A program made the translations under genes and the position numbers. Below, piece by piece: positions 48,623 through 61,254 of a stretch of 64,000 nt of DNA; within the stretch, counting starts at the first letter, position 1, and each line of letters opens with the position of its first letter. The DNA is from Chromera velia (lineage: Eukaryota), in contig JAHBMJ010000157.1 of the NCBI GenBank assembly GCA_018398765.1, positions 62,001-126,000 on the forward strand, written 5' to 3'. The notes under the pieces were generated by a model, which searched no databases, was not told where the DNA came from, and saw nothing but the letters and a program-made list of their open reading frames with translations.

Positions 48623-49909
48623 ATGAAGGGTAAGGAAGATCTGGGCACAAATCCCTTCATTACTGTGCTGCGGTCCAGTTTCGAACGTCTAAACAAATTT
48701 GTTTCGGAGCGAGAGGCCACTCTTCTCGTTCCTTCTGCCGTCTCCATATCGGGTGTCCACATCACTCAAGTGCTCGTGGAGTCGCACATCATTCAACCCA
48801 CCCATATCCCTGGCAGCTTCATTAACCTGAGCGGGCAGGGGTTGGAAGTCAGGGACGGGGCGGTGCACACGTCCTTCGGATTCAAGGAACACCGGGTGTG
48901 TCGCATTCTGCAGGAAGAGGGGGTGTATGAATATGGCCACAACTACAAAATTCTGATTATTGATGTACCGGTGACGGGTAGTTTTTCCGGTGTTGCGAAC
49001 CAAAGCGGGTCGAAAGATCCGCAAAGATCATCCGGACAGATCGCACCTGAATTAGCCGACTTCGAGACGAGTGCAGATGAAGCAGCAGCAGCACTTCAGG
49101 ATTGGTTCGAGCTCTGTCCAGAGGTCGAGACTGATCTGCATGCAAAGCTCGGGAGGCTCAAGAGGACGTATATTCTTGTGTCCGGCCTTGAATATGATTT
49201 TGCTCAACGATTGAGTGAGATTTGCTCCCTTGTCGTCAGCAAATTGTGCGAACACCCCCGGCTCGAGTGGGCCAGCCACACTCAATTCAACCGGTCGATT
49301 GTCGTCAACGCAGTAGAACACCATATCTTCAATGGCGTGTATCCGAAGTTATGGCGACACCTCACAACGTCATTGTGGCCTCGGGAGAAAGTCCTGCAGT
49401 CCCGTCTCGCACTCTTCCCCTCCTCCTCAGCCTTGTTAGAGCAGTTCTCTCTTGATCCCATAAAGAGCGCTGCCAATCTAGACTCTGCAGCAGATAAGTT
49501 GGGGGAGATGGCGGCAGAGCGGCTTCCCCACAACAAACTGCAGATCATCCGATCGGTGTGTCAGCTGATTCACCGGGCGATTGAAGATGCAGCGAAGAAG
49601 AAAGCATCGCAACAGAAGAGCGGCGGGGGAAGGGTCGAAGTGACGGGAGATGATCTCCAAGCTCTCCTGGCTGTCTGTGTGCACAGAAGCCGCCTCTCCC
49701 TCACGCACATTCTTGCACATGCCTACCATGTCGATATCTTTCTGAGCACTGCACCTGCGCACAGCTCTGTGCGACTAGAGGAGGCGGCCTATTATTTTAC
49801 TTCTTTCAGCTCCGCCCTGATGTTTTTCTGGACTGCCGCAGGGGGGGCGGGTTCTCGAGATGCTGAGGGGGGTGGGTTGGGGGGAGTCTTGCGAGACAAA
49901 GAGATGTGA
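48623..49909 (+). CDS. VPS9-domain Rab GEF, VARP/ANKRD27/Vrl1-like, lacking ankyrin repeats; single exon
   Basis: 428-aa ORF. The N-terminus EDLGTNPF...LLVP...ESHII...FINLSGQ...GF...ILQEEGVY parallels the VARP N-terminal domain. The C-terminus has VPS9 motifs PHNKLQII, TGDDLQALL and EAAYYFTSFSSALMF. Confidence 0.85.
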   Translation: MKGKEDLGTNPFITVLRSSFERLNKFVSEREATLLVPSAVSISGVHITQVLVESHIIQPTHIPGSFINLSGQGLEVRDGAVHTSFGFKEHRVCRILQEEGVYEYGHNYKILIIDVPVTGSFSGVANQSGSKDPQRSSGQIAPELADFETSADEAAAALQDWFELCPEVETDLHAKLGRLKRTYILVSGLEYDFAQRLSEICSLVVSKLCEHPRLEWASHTQFNRSIVVNAVEHHIFNGVYPKLWRHLTTSLWPREKVLQSRLALFPSSSALLEQFSLDPIKSAANLDSAADKLGEMAAERLPHNKLQIIRSVCQLIHRAIEDAAKKKASQQKSGGGRVEVTGDDLQALLAVCVHRSRLSLTHILAHAYHVDIFLSTAPAHSSVRLEEAAYYFTSFSSALMFFWTAAGGAGSRDAEGGGLGGVLRDKEM

Positions 49910-50670
49910 AAAGGAACTCGACAGAACCAGCCAGAAAATCAGACAGACAGCAGAAGGAGAGACAGCCAGACAGACACACAGACATACAGAGATAGACAAA
50001 GAGAGAAAGACATTTTTGATGGACGTACACATGGATTAACTGGTTGCGGTGCCCGTGCTAAGATGAATATTCAAGAACATGTGGAACTATCTAAAAGTAC
50101 ATTCAAGTAGATTGACTGGCCATTCTTTCGGCTTCCTTCGATCCCTCCTCCAGATGACAATTAAGACACGCCCCTCGGCTCTTCCACCTATCTCCATCCA
50201 TCTATCCATCCATCCATCCAGACTCTCGCGCGTCTCCCCATCATTGACCTTTTTTCCTGCCTTCGCCTTCCCTGTATTAAGGTGGTTCTTTCTTCCTGAA
50301 CGAAATATACTGATGCTGTCAGCCGGATGCTTTCACTCTCTGTGTTCCGTTGCTTGCGTCATCGCTCTCTCCCTTATAGTGTGTGGCCCTCCTGCTTTCC
50401 TCAGGCCTGGGTACGGTCTGTCTCTGCCTCAGTCTCAGCCTCTGTGTCAGGCCCTGTCTGCAGCCTGTGGGTTTCAGAGCCCGGTTTCTATGCGAGTCCA
50501 TATTGAACTAAGACTCTCTTGAAACGGTTTCAACCCTGCGCTTCTAGCACAGCCTTTTTTCTTTTTCTTATGGACTATAGTCTTTTCTTCCCGCCTCATA
50601 TCACACCTCCTCTTCTTTTGTTTTTTTCTACGATCGACATGACACAGACTCACAGAGCCGTGATACCCTA

Positions 50671-50915
50671 GGCGAGGCACAGTGGTAAAAAAAGAAAAAG
50701 AATAGACATGTCGAGATTTTGTTTTTCTTTTTTTTTTTAGTCTTGTGGTCAAAGGTCCAAGCAAACTTAGTAAAGGCAGGTTTTGTAGTTATAGATGTGT
50801 TTTTATTATATGTTTGGCACTTCCAATAAAATAATAAAAAAACTTGAAATAAAATAAAAAAGATTAGGCTTCTCAAGATTTTTTTTTTTCTTTTTTTTTA
50901 TCATTGTGCGTCGCC
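50671..50915. mobile_element. MITE copy A, TA-flanked
   Basis: Imperfect TIR GGCGAGGCACAGTGGTAAAAAA...TTTTATCATTGTGCGTCGCC with TA on both sides. Near-duplicate at 51149-51386. Confidence 0.8.
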
Positions 50916-51148
50916 TAGCCTGAAGTGATACCCCGATACCTCTAGACTGGCCCGTAAAGGCTAGCAGTTGTGGACTAGGTCCAGCCTGGGTCTAGTCTAG
51001 GGTTGTATCCATATATCTTAGTACATACATCTAGGTTATGATCTAGCCATACATTTGATTCAGCATTTAATTGATATTTTTCACTAGTATTTTTCAGTTA
51101 GATTTAAAGATTTTTTAACAATCATTTCTATTTTCTTCACAAAACCTA

Positions 51149-51386
51149 GGCGATGCACAGTGGTAAAAAAAAAAAATAGACATATCGAGATTTTTTTTTC
51201 TTTTTTTTTTTTTTAAATTGGTGGTCCAAGGTCCAAGCAAACTTACCAAAGGTAGGTTTTGTAGTTAGATGTGTTTTTCTTATATATTTGGCACTTCCAA
51301 GAAAATAATAGAAAAAAAAAAATAAAAAAGATTATAGGCTTCTCGAGATTCTTTTTTTCTTTTTTTTTTTATCACTGTGCGTTGCC
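51149..51386. mobile_element. MITE copy B, TA-flanked
   Basis: GGCGATGCACAGTGGTAAAA...TTTATCACTGTGCGTTGCC with TA on both sides. Same family and orientation as copy A. Confidence 0.8.
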
Positions 51387-51528
51387 TATAGCATAAACCA
51401 ATATAGGTAGGGAGAGGCTACTTTTTTGCACCATGAAACAAAAAGACTAGCAAAAGGTCAAAAAGAAGACGGTCGGAAGCAAATCGATATACAGAACAGA
51501 AATCTCGGTGGTGCAAGAGACGAGGTCG

Positions 51529-52901
51529 TCAGTAAAAGCCATCGCAATTTGAACTTTTGCAGTAATAGGGGTACTTGTTTGGGAACCGGCCTTCTTGAGG
51601 TCTGTATCGCCAGCAGATCTCCTCGCTAAGTTGAATCGGGTGCAATGCAAAGAGGCCAGCCCTGCAGATTCAAAAAATTAATCAAAGAGATTTCAATGAT
51701 TGCGTGAAGAAGAGAAAAATGGGAAAGAGTAGAATGTTTACCAACCTTGGCTGATTTTTGTACATGAAAACCTCGAATGTGCAGTTCGGATTGCAGGAGT
51801 GGTTAGCGATTCCCGCAAGACATCTTTGCTCCACAGAGTTCTGCATGTTAACACAGAAGCCTTGATTGCAGTCGTCGACCACGTTTGTAATTTCCTGTCT
51901 TTCCTGCAAGCAGTCATTTCATTTTGTAGGGTTGAGACTCACTCAGGATACGGAAAGAGACATATCGACAAGATTCTATAAATGAGGGAGTCCAGAGAAT
52001 ATTACTTAACGAATGCTATACGTTTAGAAAAAAAATGTTCGAACAAGATCAAAAGGGTTTCTTTTAAAGGAAGAAGAGAAAAACCTAGACAGAGATCACT
52101 CGACTCTGGCGAACTGGAGAAAATCGTTTTTCTGCCTGAGAACGCTGACCTCCGAATCAATTTTTTCCACCATTTCAGCCCACTGTATGCTGTCAATTAT
52201 GATGTAGACCTCACCCCACGACTCGATGATAAGCTCCTTGTCCTTAAAGGGGGTATACGCAAATATCCCCCTCCCTTTCAGTCCGGCAGACCGGACTTCC
52301 ATCTAGCCCTTCGGACCTTTCTGAATTTGCTGGTTCAAGCAGCCGCTAAGCATTCCCGCGTGGAAGATGCAGATTGAACTGAGAAGAAAGAAAATAAAAT
52401 CGATGGAGAATTTCGAACAGCGATGACCAAAAAGACAGAAACGGAAAGTGGAGAGCGCTTCCAGACTGATAGCACAAGGAGTGGTATACTCAGACTTGAA
52501 GATATAAAAACCGCTGCTTTACGCCATCCACACTGGAATTTTGGCCGTGGCAAAAAATGCTCCGTCGGACAGAAATCGACAGTTTGAAACATGACTTTTC
52601 CTGTCTCAAACGGCGTGAAAGGTTTTACTTACCTGTCGCACTCCCGCCCTGCTCTCTAGTTGTCGCAGCATCCCAGCTGGCACTGATTGCGGCACTGCAG
52701 ATTGTGAATTGATGAATGACGGGGAAGGCAAAGAAAGATATGCATATGAAGACACAGGGAGAGCGAGACCGCGACCGAGAAAGAGAAGGGGGAGAGGGGG
52801 GAGATGGTCTTCCACAGCATTCCAAAAGTCCTACAACCACACGTAAGGGTTCTCGCAGACGGCAGCATACTCAAAATTTCTGTTGAGTTGAAAATATGCA
52901 T
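51529..52901 (-). pseudogene. AWS-SET-postSET histone lysine methyltransferase-like pseudogene
   Basis: CRNQCQLGCCDN*RAGRECD (AWS-like), GCLNQQIQ, KGRGIFA...LIIESWGEV, IANHSCNPNC, GLFALHPIQLSEEICWRY, YYCKSSNCDG. In-frame TAGs at 52656-52658 and 52303-52305. Confidence 0.75.
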
Positions 52902-53524
52902 GTCGACGAAGAATTGAAAAGTGAGACAACAACGATTTCAGACTGAAGCAAACAGTAGACCTATAAAAAGGCTACACAGCCTTAAATCCGTTCCTGCACA
53001 CAGATATCCGGCTTGTATTCGGAAAGTGGCAGGGACTTTCACTGCACCACCTTGCTTGCTCTGCTGTAAAAAGCCCCCTTACCCTGCAAAGCCTAGTTGC
53101 ATGATGGCCGGGTAATTACCGGGTAACCGGTTACCTGGCCGGGCTAGACCAATTTTTTAATAGTGGCCAGGTTACCGGTTTATCGGCCATATAATTAAAA
53201 AAAAAAACAAAAATAAAAATCTAGAAAAAAAAATTAAAAAAAAATATAGAAAAAAAAAATTATAGAAAAAAAATTAAAAAAAAATCTGACCGCATTCAAA
53301 AGACGCGGAAACTTTTGAATCCTAAAACTGTTTTTCTTTCACGCATGAAACTTATATGCACGCACAACAAGCGAATAACATGCATGAAAATTGTGCAAAG
53401 TTTCCTGCTCAGAAATCTTCTTGACATGAAAATTGCAGCTTCCATCGCGTAGTCCCCAAATAGGTAACTGCAGAAAGAGTCCACCAGCCAACTGAGAGGC
53501 AGACTTACCAACAGACTGGATCAC

Positions 53525-53925
53525 TCAAGTAAACAGACAGGCAGGCAGACTATATGTTTTTTCTTCTCAAGACAGACAGGCAAACAGACAGACAGGCAGA
53601 CTACATGTTTCTTCTTCTCAAGACAAACAGGCAAATAGACAGACAGGCAGACTACATGTTTCTTCTTCTCAAGACAGACAGGCAAACAGACAGATAGGCA
53701 GACTACATGTTTCTTCTTCTTCTCCCTCCCTTTCTTCATGAACACAATAGATAAAAAGAAAGAAAGGAAGAATAAAGACAAAAGAACATTACTAACAATC
53801 AAACAGCGTGGGAAGGCAGGCAGACTACATGTTTCTTCTTCTCAAGATAAACAGGCAAACAGACAAACAGGCAGACTACATGTTTCTTTTTCTTAAGACA
53901 GACAGGCAAACAGACAGACAGACAG
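53525..53925. repeat. 51-bp tandem repeat with CAGA/CAGG microsatellite core
   Basis: GACTACATGTTTCTTCTTCTCAAGACAGACAGGCAAACAGAC... recurs with a 51-nt period (53601, 53652, 53703) and resumes after ~53820. Confidence 0.85.
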
Positions 53926-53960
53926 TGTAAATTAGTGTACTAACATCTAGACTAATACTC

Positions 53961-56542
53961 ATTTCTGGGCCTCTGTATTTGAGGGTGAAGGGCTCCCTCC
54001 TCCTCCAGTTGCTTCCCCTGCTTTCTCTCTCTCTTCCCCCCCTCCTCCCCTGGCCTTCTCTTATAAAAGGATTATCGGTGCCCTCCGATCGATCGATACG
54101 AGTAAGGCTGACGGAATTGGGAGCGTTTCCCCCAGGCATCTTGACCTTTGTTTCAGCTCCTCTCCCCTTTCTCGTTTCCTTCTTTTTGTCCTTTTTAATT
54201 TATTTCATCGTTATTCCTATTGGCCGTCTCTTTAGAATTTGATCCGTGTAGTTCCGGTTCCGAAAGGCCCCCCCTCTCCTGACTGCTCGGAATGGAGACC
54301 TATCCACATTGTGTGTTTACTTGCGAAACTGCTTGCCCTTCTGATGGACGAGAGATTGAGAGAACAGACCTCATTAGACAACCGCCAGCTAGGGTTCAGG
54401 AAGGGGGTTGGGACCAGGGAGGCCATTGCAGCGCTGGCGGGACTCGTAGCGAGCTCCAAAGCCCGGAAACTCCGCCTTCTGGCTGCGTTTGTTGACTTTT
54501 CTAAGGCGTTTGATAAGGTCTCTCGAGGTTTGTTGCTGAGACGGCTTCGGGAGGAGGGTGTGTCGGAATATGATATTTTGATGGTGCATGCTATGTACTT
54601 TGATGTCTGGGCGAGGGTCGATGGTGCAAATAGAGAGATACAGGAAGGGGCGGGGGTAAAACAGGGTGACCCTCTCTCTCTTCTGCTCTTCCTTCTATTC
54701 ATTAATAATCTGTACCGCCACATCCGCCTCTCGGCTCACCGAGAGGATGAGCTCGGGAAAGAGTCAGAGAAGGATGGAACAGTGTCTGATGAGAGGTCTA
54801 TAGAAAGCAGAACGCGTGACTACCCTTGGGCAGGCAGATTGAGAGGGGTTGGCATTGGGAAAGGGAACAAGAAGACCGAAATAGCAATGAAAAGGAAAAG
54901 AGGGAAAGTCAGGGTCAGTCAGGACAATACGATCTATGTGGGGCCCGAGCCCTAGCCCGAGCCTCTCGAAAGCCTCGGTTACGCTGACGACCTTGTTCTG
55001 TTTGGTCGTTCTTCACATGAGCTTCAAGCGAGAATGAATAAATTGGCGGAATATTGTTGGATGTGGGGCTTCACGGTCAATTTGAAAAAGATAAAAGTAA
55101 TGAGGCTTTCCTGCAGCAAGGAGAATATTAGTCAGCAAATCTTCTTTGAAGGGAAGGAAGTTGAGAGAACGGGCCAGTATAAGTATTTAGGCTGCACCTT
55201 TTTTGAAGGCGGATCTCTCCGTTCCTCTGTGAGACATCGCCTGGGAGTGGCAGAGAAGGCACTCGGGGGGGTTATTGGGCTCTGGGTTTCTCCTGGTCGT
55301 CTCTCCCCAACTTAGAAAATTATGCTCTTTCGGGGCTTTAGATTCCTGTGGCCCTTTACGGGCTAGAAGAGTTTTCCCTCAGCCAAGCAGACATGAAAGC
55401 GTTGGATGATTTGCAACTACGTTTTGTTAGATGGGTTTTCGGCCTTCCTCACAATTCGTTTCATGTCCCCTCCCTCTTTATCTCCGGCTTATACCCAATA
55501 CGGGCTATCTTGACTGAAAGAGTGGGAGGTTTTTTACGTAGCCTCTCCTTAACATCCCACTGTATGCCCGCTGGCTTTTTAGATCTCTGCAAAGACGGCC
55601 TTTATGGCGATTCGTGGAGGTCCGTCAAGCTGTTGGTGGGACCTTTCGCTCCTGAACTCTTCTCTGTCGAGGAGGTGCCTTTGGGCCCGGGAGAGAAAGC
55701 TGCATTAAAAAGAAAGCTCGTAGTAGAAGGGAGAGATAGGGAGGCATAAGAATGGTTGGACGACTGGTTTGTAGCTACCTCCCGTTCTTTGCAAAAAGAA
55801 GGCCGGCAGGGCAGGGGAGGGCAGGCAGGACGGGGGGGGGGTTTTCCTGACGGAGTGAGGCCTTCGGTCTTCCAAGTCGAACATCCGTCTAGACAGCGCT
55901 TGGCCCGTCTTGTTATGGGAGGATGGACCGGCTCAAGCGGGCGGCGTGTTCCTATGGTTCGACCTCTCCCTAGGAGGCTGCTCTGTTCGGAGGCCAACGT
56001 CAGGCCGATTGCCCGTACACTGTTNNNNNNNNNNNNNNNNNNNNNNNNNNNNNNNNNNNNNNNNNNNNNNNNNNNNNNNNNNNNNNNNNNNNNNNNNNNN
56101 NNNNNNNNNNNNNNNNNNNNNNNNNNGGGGGGGGGGGGGGTTTCTGAACGGGGAGGTAGAGACGGTCTGCGAGCACTGCCCCCTCGATTTGTATGGGCGT
56201 GGCCATCTGAATAATGTTGTCCATAAGTTGACTGAATGCAAAGGGACCGAAAGGGAGAGGGGACGCATGAATAGGCTTTTGAATGAAATAAGAGACGTTT
56301 GCTCTAAGTCGGACTTGATTGTGTGGGCACAACAAATGGCTAAGCAGCAGTTGGAACGGGGTGTGAGCGAAAATAAGAAGAAAGTGAGGGAGATCTTCAC
56401 ACTTCTCCTCGAAAAGCATCCTGTTGCAGGCGCACGGGCGATCTCCGATTGCCTTTGTAAGTAGCTGTGTGTATTCCCTCAGTCTGTCCTTCTTTCTCTT
56501 TTCTTCCTTTCTTTCTTTCTTTCTTTCTTTCTTCCTTTCTTC

Positions 56543-56579
<37 letters not shown>

Positions 56580-57725
56580 TTTTCCCTCACTTCCTCTCAC
56601 TCTTTCCCTGTCGTTGTTCATTCTTGACGACCGTACTTGTTTTTAAGGGGAATATTTCGTTATGTCAGTCCGAGTGTGTTTCATCCAATTGATTGATTGA
56701 TTGATTGATGAATAAACAAGGGTGGAACGGAATCAATCGGGGGGTGAGCAAAAAGTATATGGGGGGGAAACGTGAGACGCACAACCCTACGAGGCCCAGG
56801 CTGCGGGGCTCGGATAGTACCCTTCGTGTGAGAGTGGGAGGCGGCGGGAAGTGACGGGCTTAAGCCTGCACGGGTACGGGGGGGCATGCAAGGCGCTCAT
56901 ACTCGTGCAGTTCATAAGCGGGTCTGCGAGCGGGGTGCATGCTACGTGCGGCTTCTCCATTCTTCTTCCTTTTTCTCCCCTTTTTGAATTTCTTTATCAT
57001 ACTTACTACTCGCAATTTCACTCCCCTGGAAAATAAGTCATGCCTCAGAGATGAACCGACCGAACTGACTGAACTGACTGAACTAACCGAACTGCAGGAA
57101 CTAAACTGAGAAAGAAACCTTTGCGTGTACGTCTTCAGCAGAAAAGATAGGGAATCAAAGGAGATTGGGAGTTCTGATCTTTTTCTCTCTCCGTCTCCTT
57201 CCGTTCCGCCTTGGGTGATTTTCTTTAGAGGTCATCTGACAGACCTCTAACTGACACGAACTGATAGAAGGAATCTCACTAGCCCGTGACCCTTGGAGGA
57301 AAAAAAAGATACAAAAATAGAGGAGTTCGTCTCTGTCCTTTCTGTTCCCCTTGAGGTACTTGTTTTTTCCCTTTCCTTCTCGTTTCCCCCTCCGCTCAGG
57401 CGTGCCAGTGCTGTTCTGGCGCTTTGATCGGTCATGGGAACCCTCTTCTGGGCGAAATGCAGGCAGTCCTCGATCGTCTCAAGGGTGGGATAGAGAGCGT
57501 GTTGTAACTCAGCCTGTAAGAGAACTACCAGATGAAGCAAAAGCCTGTTTGCTTAGAGGTGAAGCCACCCTCCACTTCCATCCGCCTCCCCACCCCTGTC
57601 AGGCTCTCATCGAGTCAATTTACCCCAGTGGGGCCTAAGTCGAAAATTTAACTCTATGTATGATGCTCTAGGTTGGTCAAAGTCTATACGGCTTACTAGC
57701 TTTAACCCCATACATCATCATCATC
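53961..57725 (+). mobile_element. Non-LTR retrotransposon copy 2 (same family as 1356-12804), 5'-truncated, decayed
   Basis: Reverse-complement match to ~1378-5116. RT with GYADD retained but disrupted by a short tandem duplication near 54945-54963 and by stops. Same 3' UTR, ending in a (CAT)n tail. Confidence 0.92.
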
Positions 57726-60700
57726 AATAGGATGCATAGAACTAAAATTTCTAGTAAAATTTGTATTTAAATGAATCTGATGAGGCTTTTTACTTCTTCT
57801 TAATTCTAGTTCATTAAGTTCAGAGTAGTAGCTCTTCTTAACAGCAAATAGTAAACTTAAAATTAATGTGGTGCATAGTACACTGTGATGAGTCCCCTAC
57901 TTTTGCTGACCTTGTCCCTTGGGCACTGTTAAGCAGTTAGTCAAAGGTCTCCTCTGACAAAACTCTAAATAATCACACTGAAAAAAAATGAAGGCTCTAC
58001 TCACTTAGTGAAAGTACATAAAGAACAACTTCAGTCATGCAGTCAGTCTACTTCAAGTACAGAATTCATACATGATCCTACGATGAAGAAGAAGTAGTGT
58101 CAGTGGAACTTTGTTCAAAAACTCAAACTTTCAGGCTCTAAATCGATCAAATTGCTGGCTGAGCGCGCCGCGATTGATTTTTTTTTTCCGATTCGAGACG
58201 ACCGCGCGTGCATGTCCGCGCCAAGAGGCTGTAACAGTTTGTCCCCAGAAGGCAGTTCTTTGAGTGATTCCTAATCGTTTCTGCTTTGCGGGGCCAGGCG
58301 GGGCTTTGCATGCGTGCATGCACCCCGGCCGGCGCCCCGGAGCGGCCCTCTCGGCCTTTTGAGCGCAATTCTGCCCCGTGGGTCCAATTCCTTTCCAGTC
58401 CCCTTCCCTTGGGCCATCGTGCAGCCAGCAACGTTCCACCTGCCAAGGCCGCACGCTGCATGTCCGCGACTCTCTTTCTGAGCAGTCTGACACATGAAAG
58501 ATCCGTCTACATGCATCATTTCTCTTCTTTCTCATCCCTTGCTTCAAGTTGTTCACTTTTTTTGCTTCTTTTATCACATTCAGACCTCGTTCCTATGCTG
58601 TTCTGCTGGAGACGGACGTAGAAAATGATGAAGAGACGGCAACCAAAAGGAAAGGGAAGCGACAGAACTGATGACTGTTCGTGAAGTAGACGGTGTCACA
58701 AAAGAACAGGCTGGTCAGTCTCTTCATGCCTCTTTGCGTCTCCTTTCTTTCCTTTTTCGTTTTTGCTAGCTCGCGCTCTCCACAAAGCTGATCTCGTTGT
58801 TCTCGCTGCATGGAATCTCATGTGCATGCTACGTGCATGCTGTTCTGGTCTTTCTGTTTCTGGCTCTCTGTATGTCGCGCTTTGCTGCGTCTGTCTGACT
58901 TCTTTGTTCTTGAACATACTGCACTGCCTCTTTTTCTTTCTTTCATGAGACCGTCACTGCTTTATTGGAAAGAGTTGCAGTTAGCATAAGAAAGGTATTG
59001 ATAAGGGAAAAGACAAAAATTCATCTGCTTCTCGCCTCAACTTCCTTCCCCCACCGTCTTTTTCTTTCACATGGTCTCTATTGGATGCAGAAGAAAGAAA
59101 GAAGGAGAAAAAATTCAACACATGCATTCAGTGTTGTCTGCCTTTGCTTGTTTTGCCCCTCCCCTTCTCAATTCTCTCCGTTTGTCCCCGTAGGACCGGG
59201 AGAGAGTAAAACGTTCAGGGCATGTTCAGTCTGAAAAAGTGATACAGGTTGGTCCCTTTTTCCGTTTGCATTTCCTTCACTCTGCACATGACGAGAAATG
59301 CTGAGAGTCTCTTGAGACCCTCAGTGTGAAAGAGGGTAAAGGAACACAAGAAAAAGGAGGGGCACATCCATTTTCTCTGCTCGTAGCAGAATGTGCGGCA
59401 AGTCTTTCAGACCAGACTCACAGTGTTGAAGCACGTGCGAGTTCTTTCATGCTCAGAGAGACAGAGAACACACTCACTGTCAGACAAGCAGAGCATATAA
59501 GTGCATGCATTCAGACAGACAGACAGACAGACGGACAGACAGACAGATGTCCTCTATCATGTAGATAGACAGACAGAAAAGCAGATAGGCAGAGACACAA
59601 ACAGATAGATGGACGAACAAACAGACATGTAGACAGACAGACAGGCAGGCAGGTAGATCGACAGGCAGACAGACGGACAGAGAAACAGATGGTGAGACAT
59701 ATTGATGCAGACACCATACACGCAGAAAGAAGACAGGAAACACAGTAAGTATGCATCTAAGGCACCGGGAACGAAATGGGAGAAAAAGAGGAAATGGAGA
59801 ATGAAAAAATGAAGTTGGGGATGTTTTCTTTGCATTCGTTCTCTTCAATGAAAGAAAGCCAGACTTGACTAAAGGGAGAGCGGACAGGAGACGGAGTGGG
59901 AGAGAGGAGCCGATCAAGCGCTCATCTGTTCCTCTCACCCAGTAAAAATGGAGGGGAAGTCTAGTCCGCAATCAAGCAGAGAAAGAGAGGAAAAACAAAG
60001 AAGGGGCGACTTGGATGGACGTTTGAAGAAGGTACCTTGGGAAAGAAGCGAGTCGATCGAATCCTTCCAACGAGATGCTGGAACAGAGAAGGGAGAGAAC
60101 AAAAATGAAAGGAAGAGACAGAAGGTTCATTCATACATTCATTGAAGTAAAGCCTTTGACATTCCCTACGGAAGTGTCCTTGAAAGACAACAGAACTGAA
60201 AGGAAGAAACAAAAGGTTCATTGATACATTCATTGAAGTAAAGCCTTTGACATTCCCTGAGGAAGTGTCCTTGCTTCTTGCAGAGCATAACAACATGAGG
60301 TCTTGCAGGATGGAAGACTCTGTCCTCTTCCTCCTTCTAGGCACTTACGTGATCGAGAAGGAAAGAAGGGGAGACACATGGAGACAAAACAGGCAGAGAA
60401 ATAACAGGTCAGGACAAAGACAAAGTGTTCATGAACGTCATTTCCCTTCTTCTTTTAGACTACTCTTTTCTTCGGAAGACAAAACTGAAGAAAAAAGCAA
60501 ACCTCCAAAATGAACACAGAACAGGCCAAAATGCAAGAAAAAATTCCAGTGGTGAATCGTCTTTCCTCCAGCTTTCCTTCTTTTGAATCCAGTCCCGACG
60601 AAACTTGTTAGAGCTGCCGCTGGGGAGTCTCGCGTAATTGGTGGGGGGACACCAAGCGCTTTGGCATAGACTCCTTCAGGGGTTTTCTTTTGATCGTAGC

Positions 60701-61254
60701 ACTAATTGTCGGCAGCAGTCAAGATCGGAGTCTAGGAAGGAAAACATAGAGAAAAGCACAATTCTTGCTCGACCTGAGGGTCGACCACCAAAATCATTCA
60801 TGCATTCGTCCTGTCTGTGTCCGCAGAAGAGGAGAAGAGGGAGAGAAGACCGGAGAAGACACGCTAGTCTCTGGCCGGCTGTGAGAGANNNNNNNNNGGG
60901 TGAGTTCACCTGTATGACAGTCTCGCGCTTTCTTGGTCACACTTCAGTCTGTCATTGCCGAAACGAAACAACATGTCCCTGCAGTCTTGTGGCTCTTTTT
61001 CCTTTTTCATGTGCACGTATGCATGCAAGCATGTTTATTCATTGGGAAAAGAGAAGAAAGTGGGTAGAAGGATAGAAAGAGAAATGATCCATCATTCAGT
61101 CAGTCAGAGAGGAGAAGAGAGGTCAGATTCAGTCTGCTAGACAAAGGGTGAGGCGTCCCCCTCCCTACTTGCCGATGACTCTCGGTTTTGGTTGTGGCAG
61201 ATGTCTGTAATCCTTCTTCTTTTGTTCGGAGTGAGAGCATAGCGCTACGGCGCG

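Noticed and set aside
57770..57900. Hammerhead ribozyme core (CTGATGAG) after the LINE tail
   Set aside because: No properly placed GAAA and supporting stems could be found by eye.
58131..61140. Protein-coding gene downstream of the GC-rich patch at 58160-58460
   Set aside because: Only short ORFs without recognisable motifs; no consistent exon chain could be assembled.
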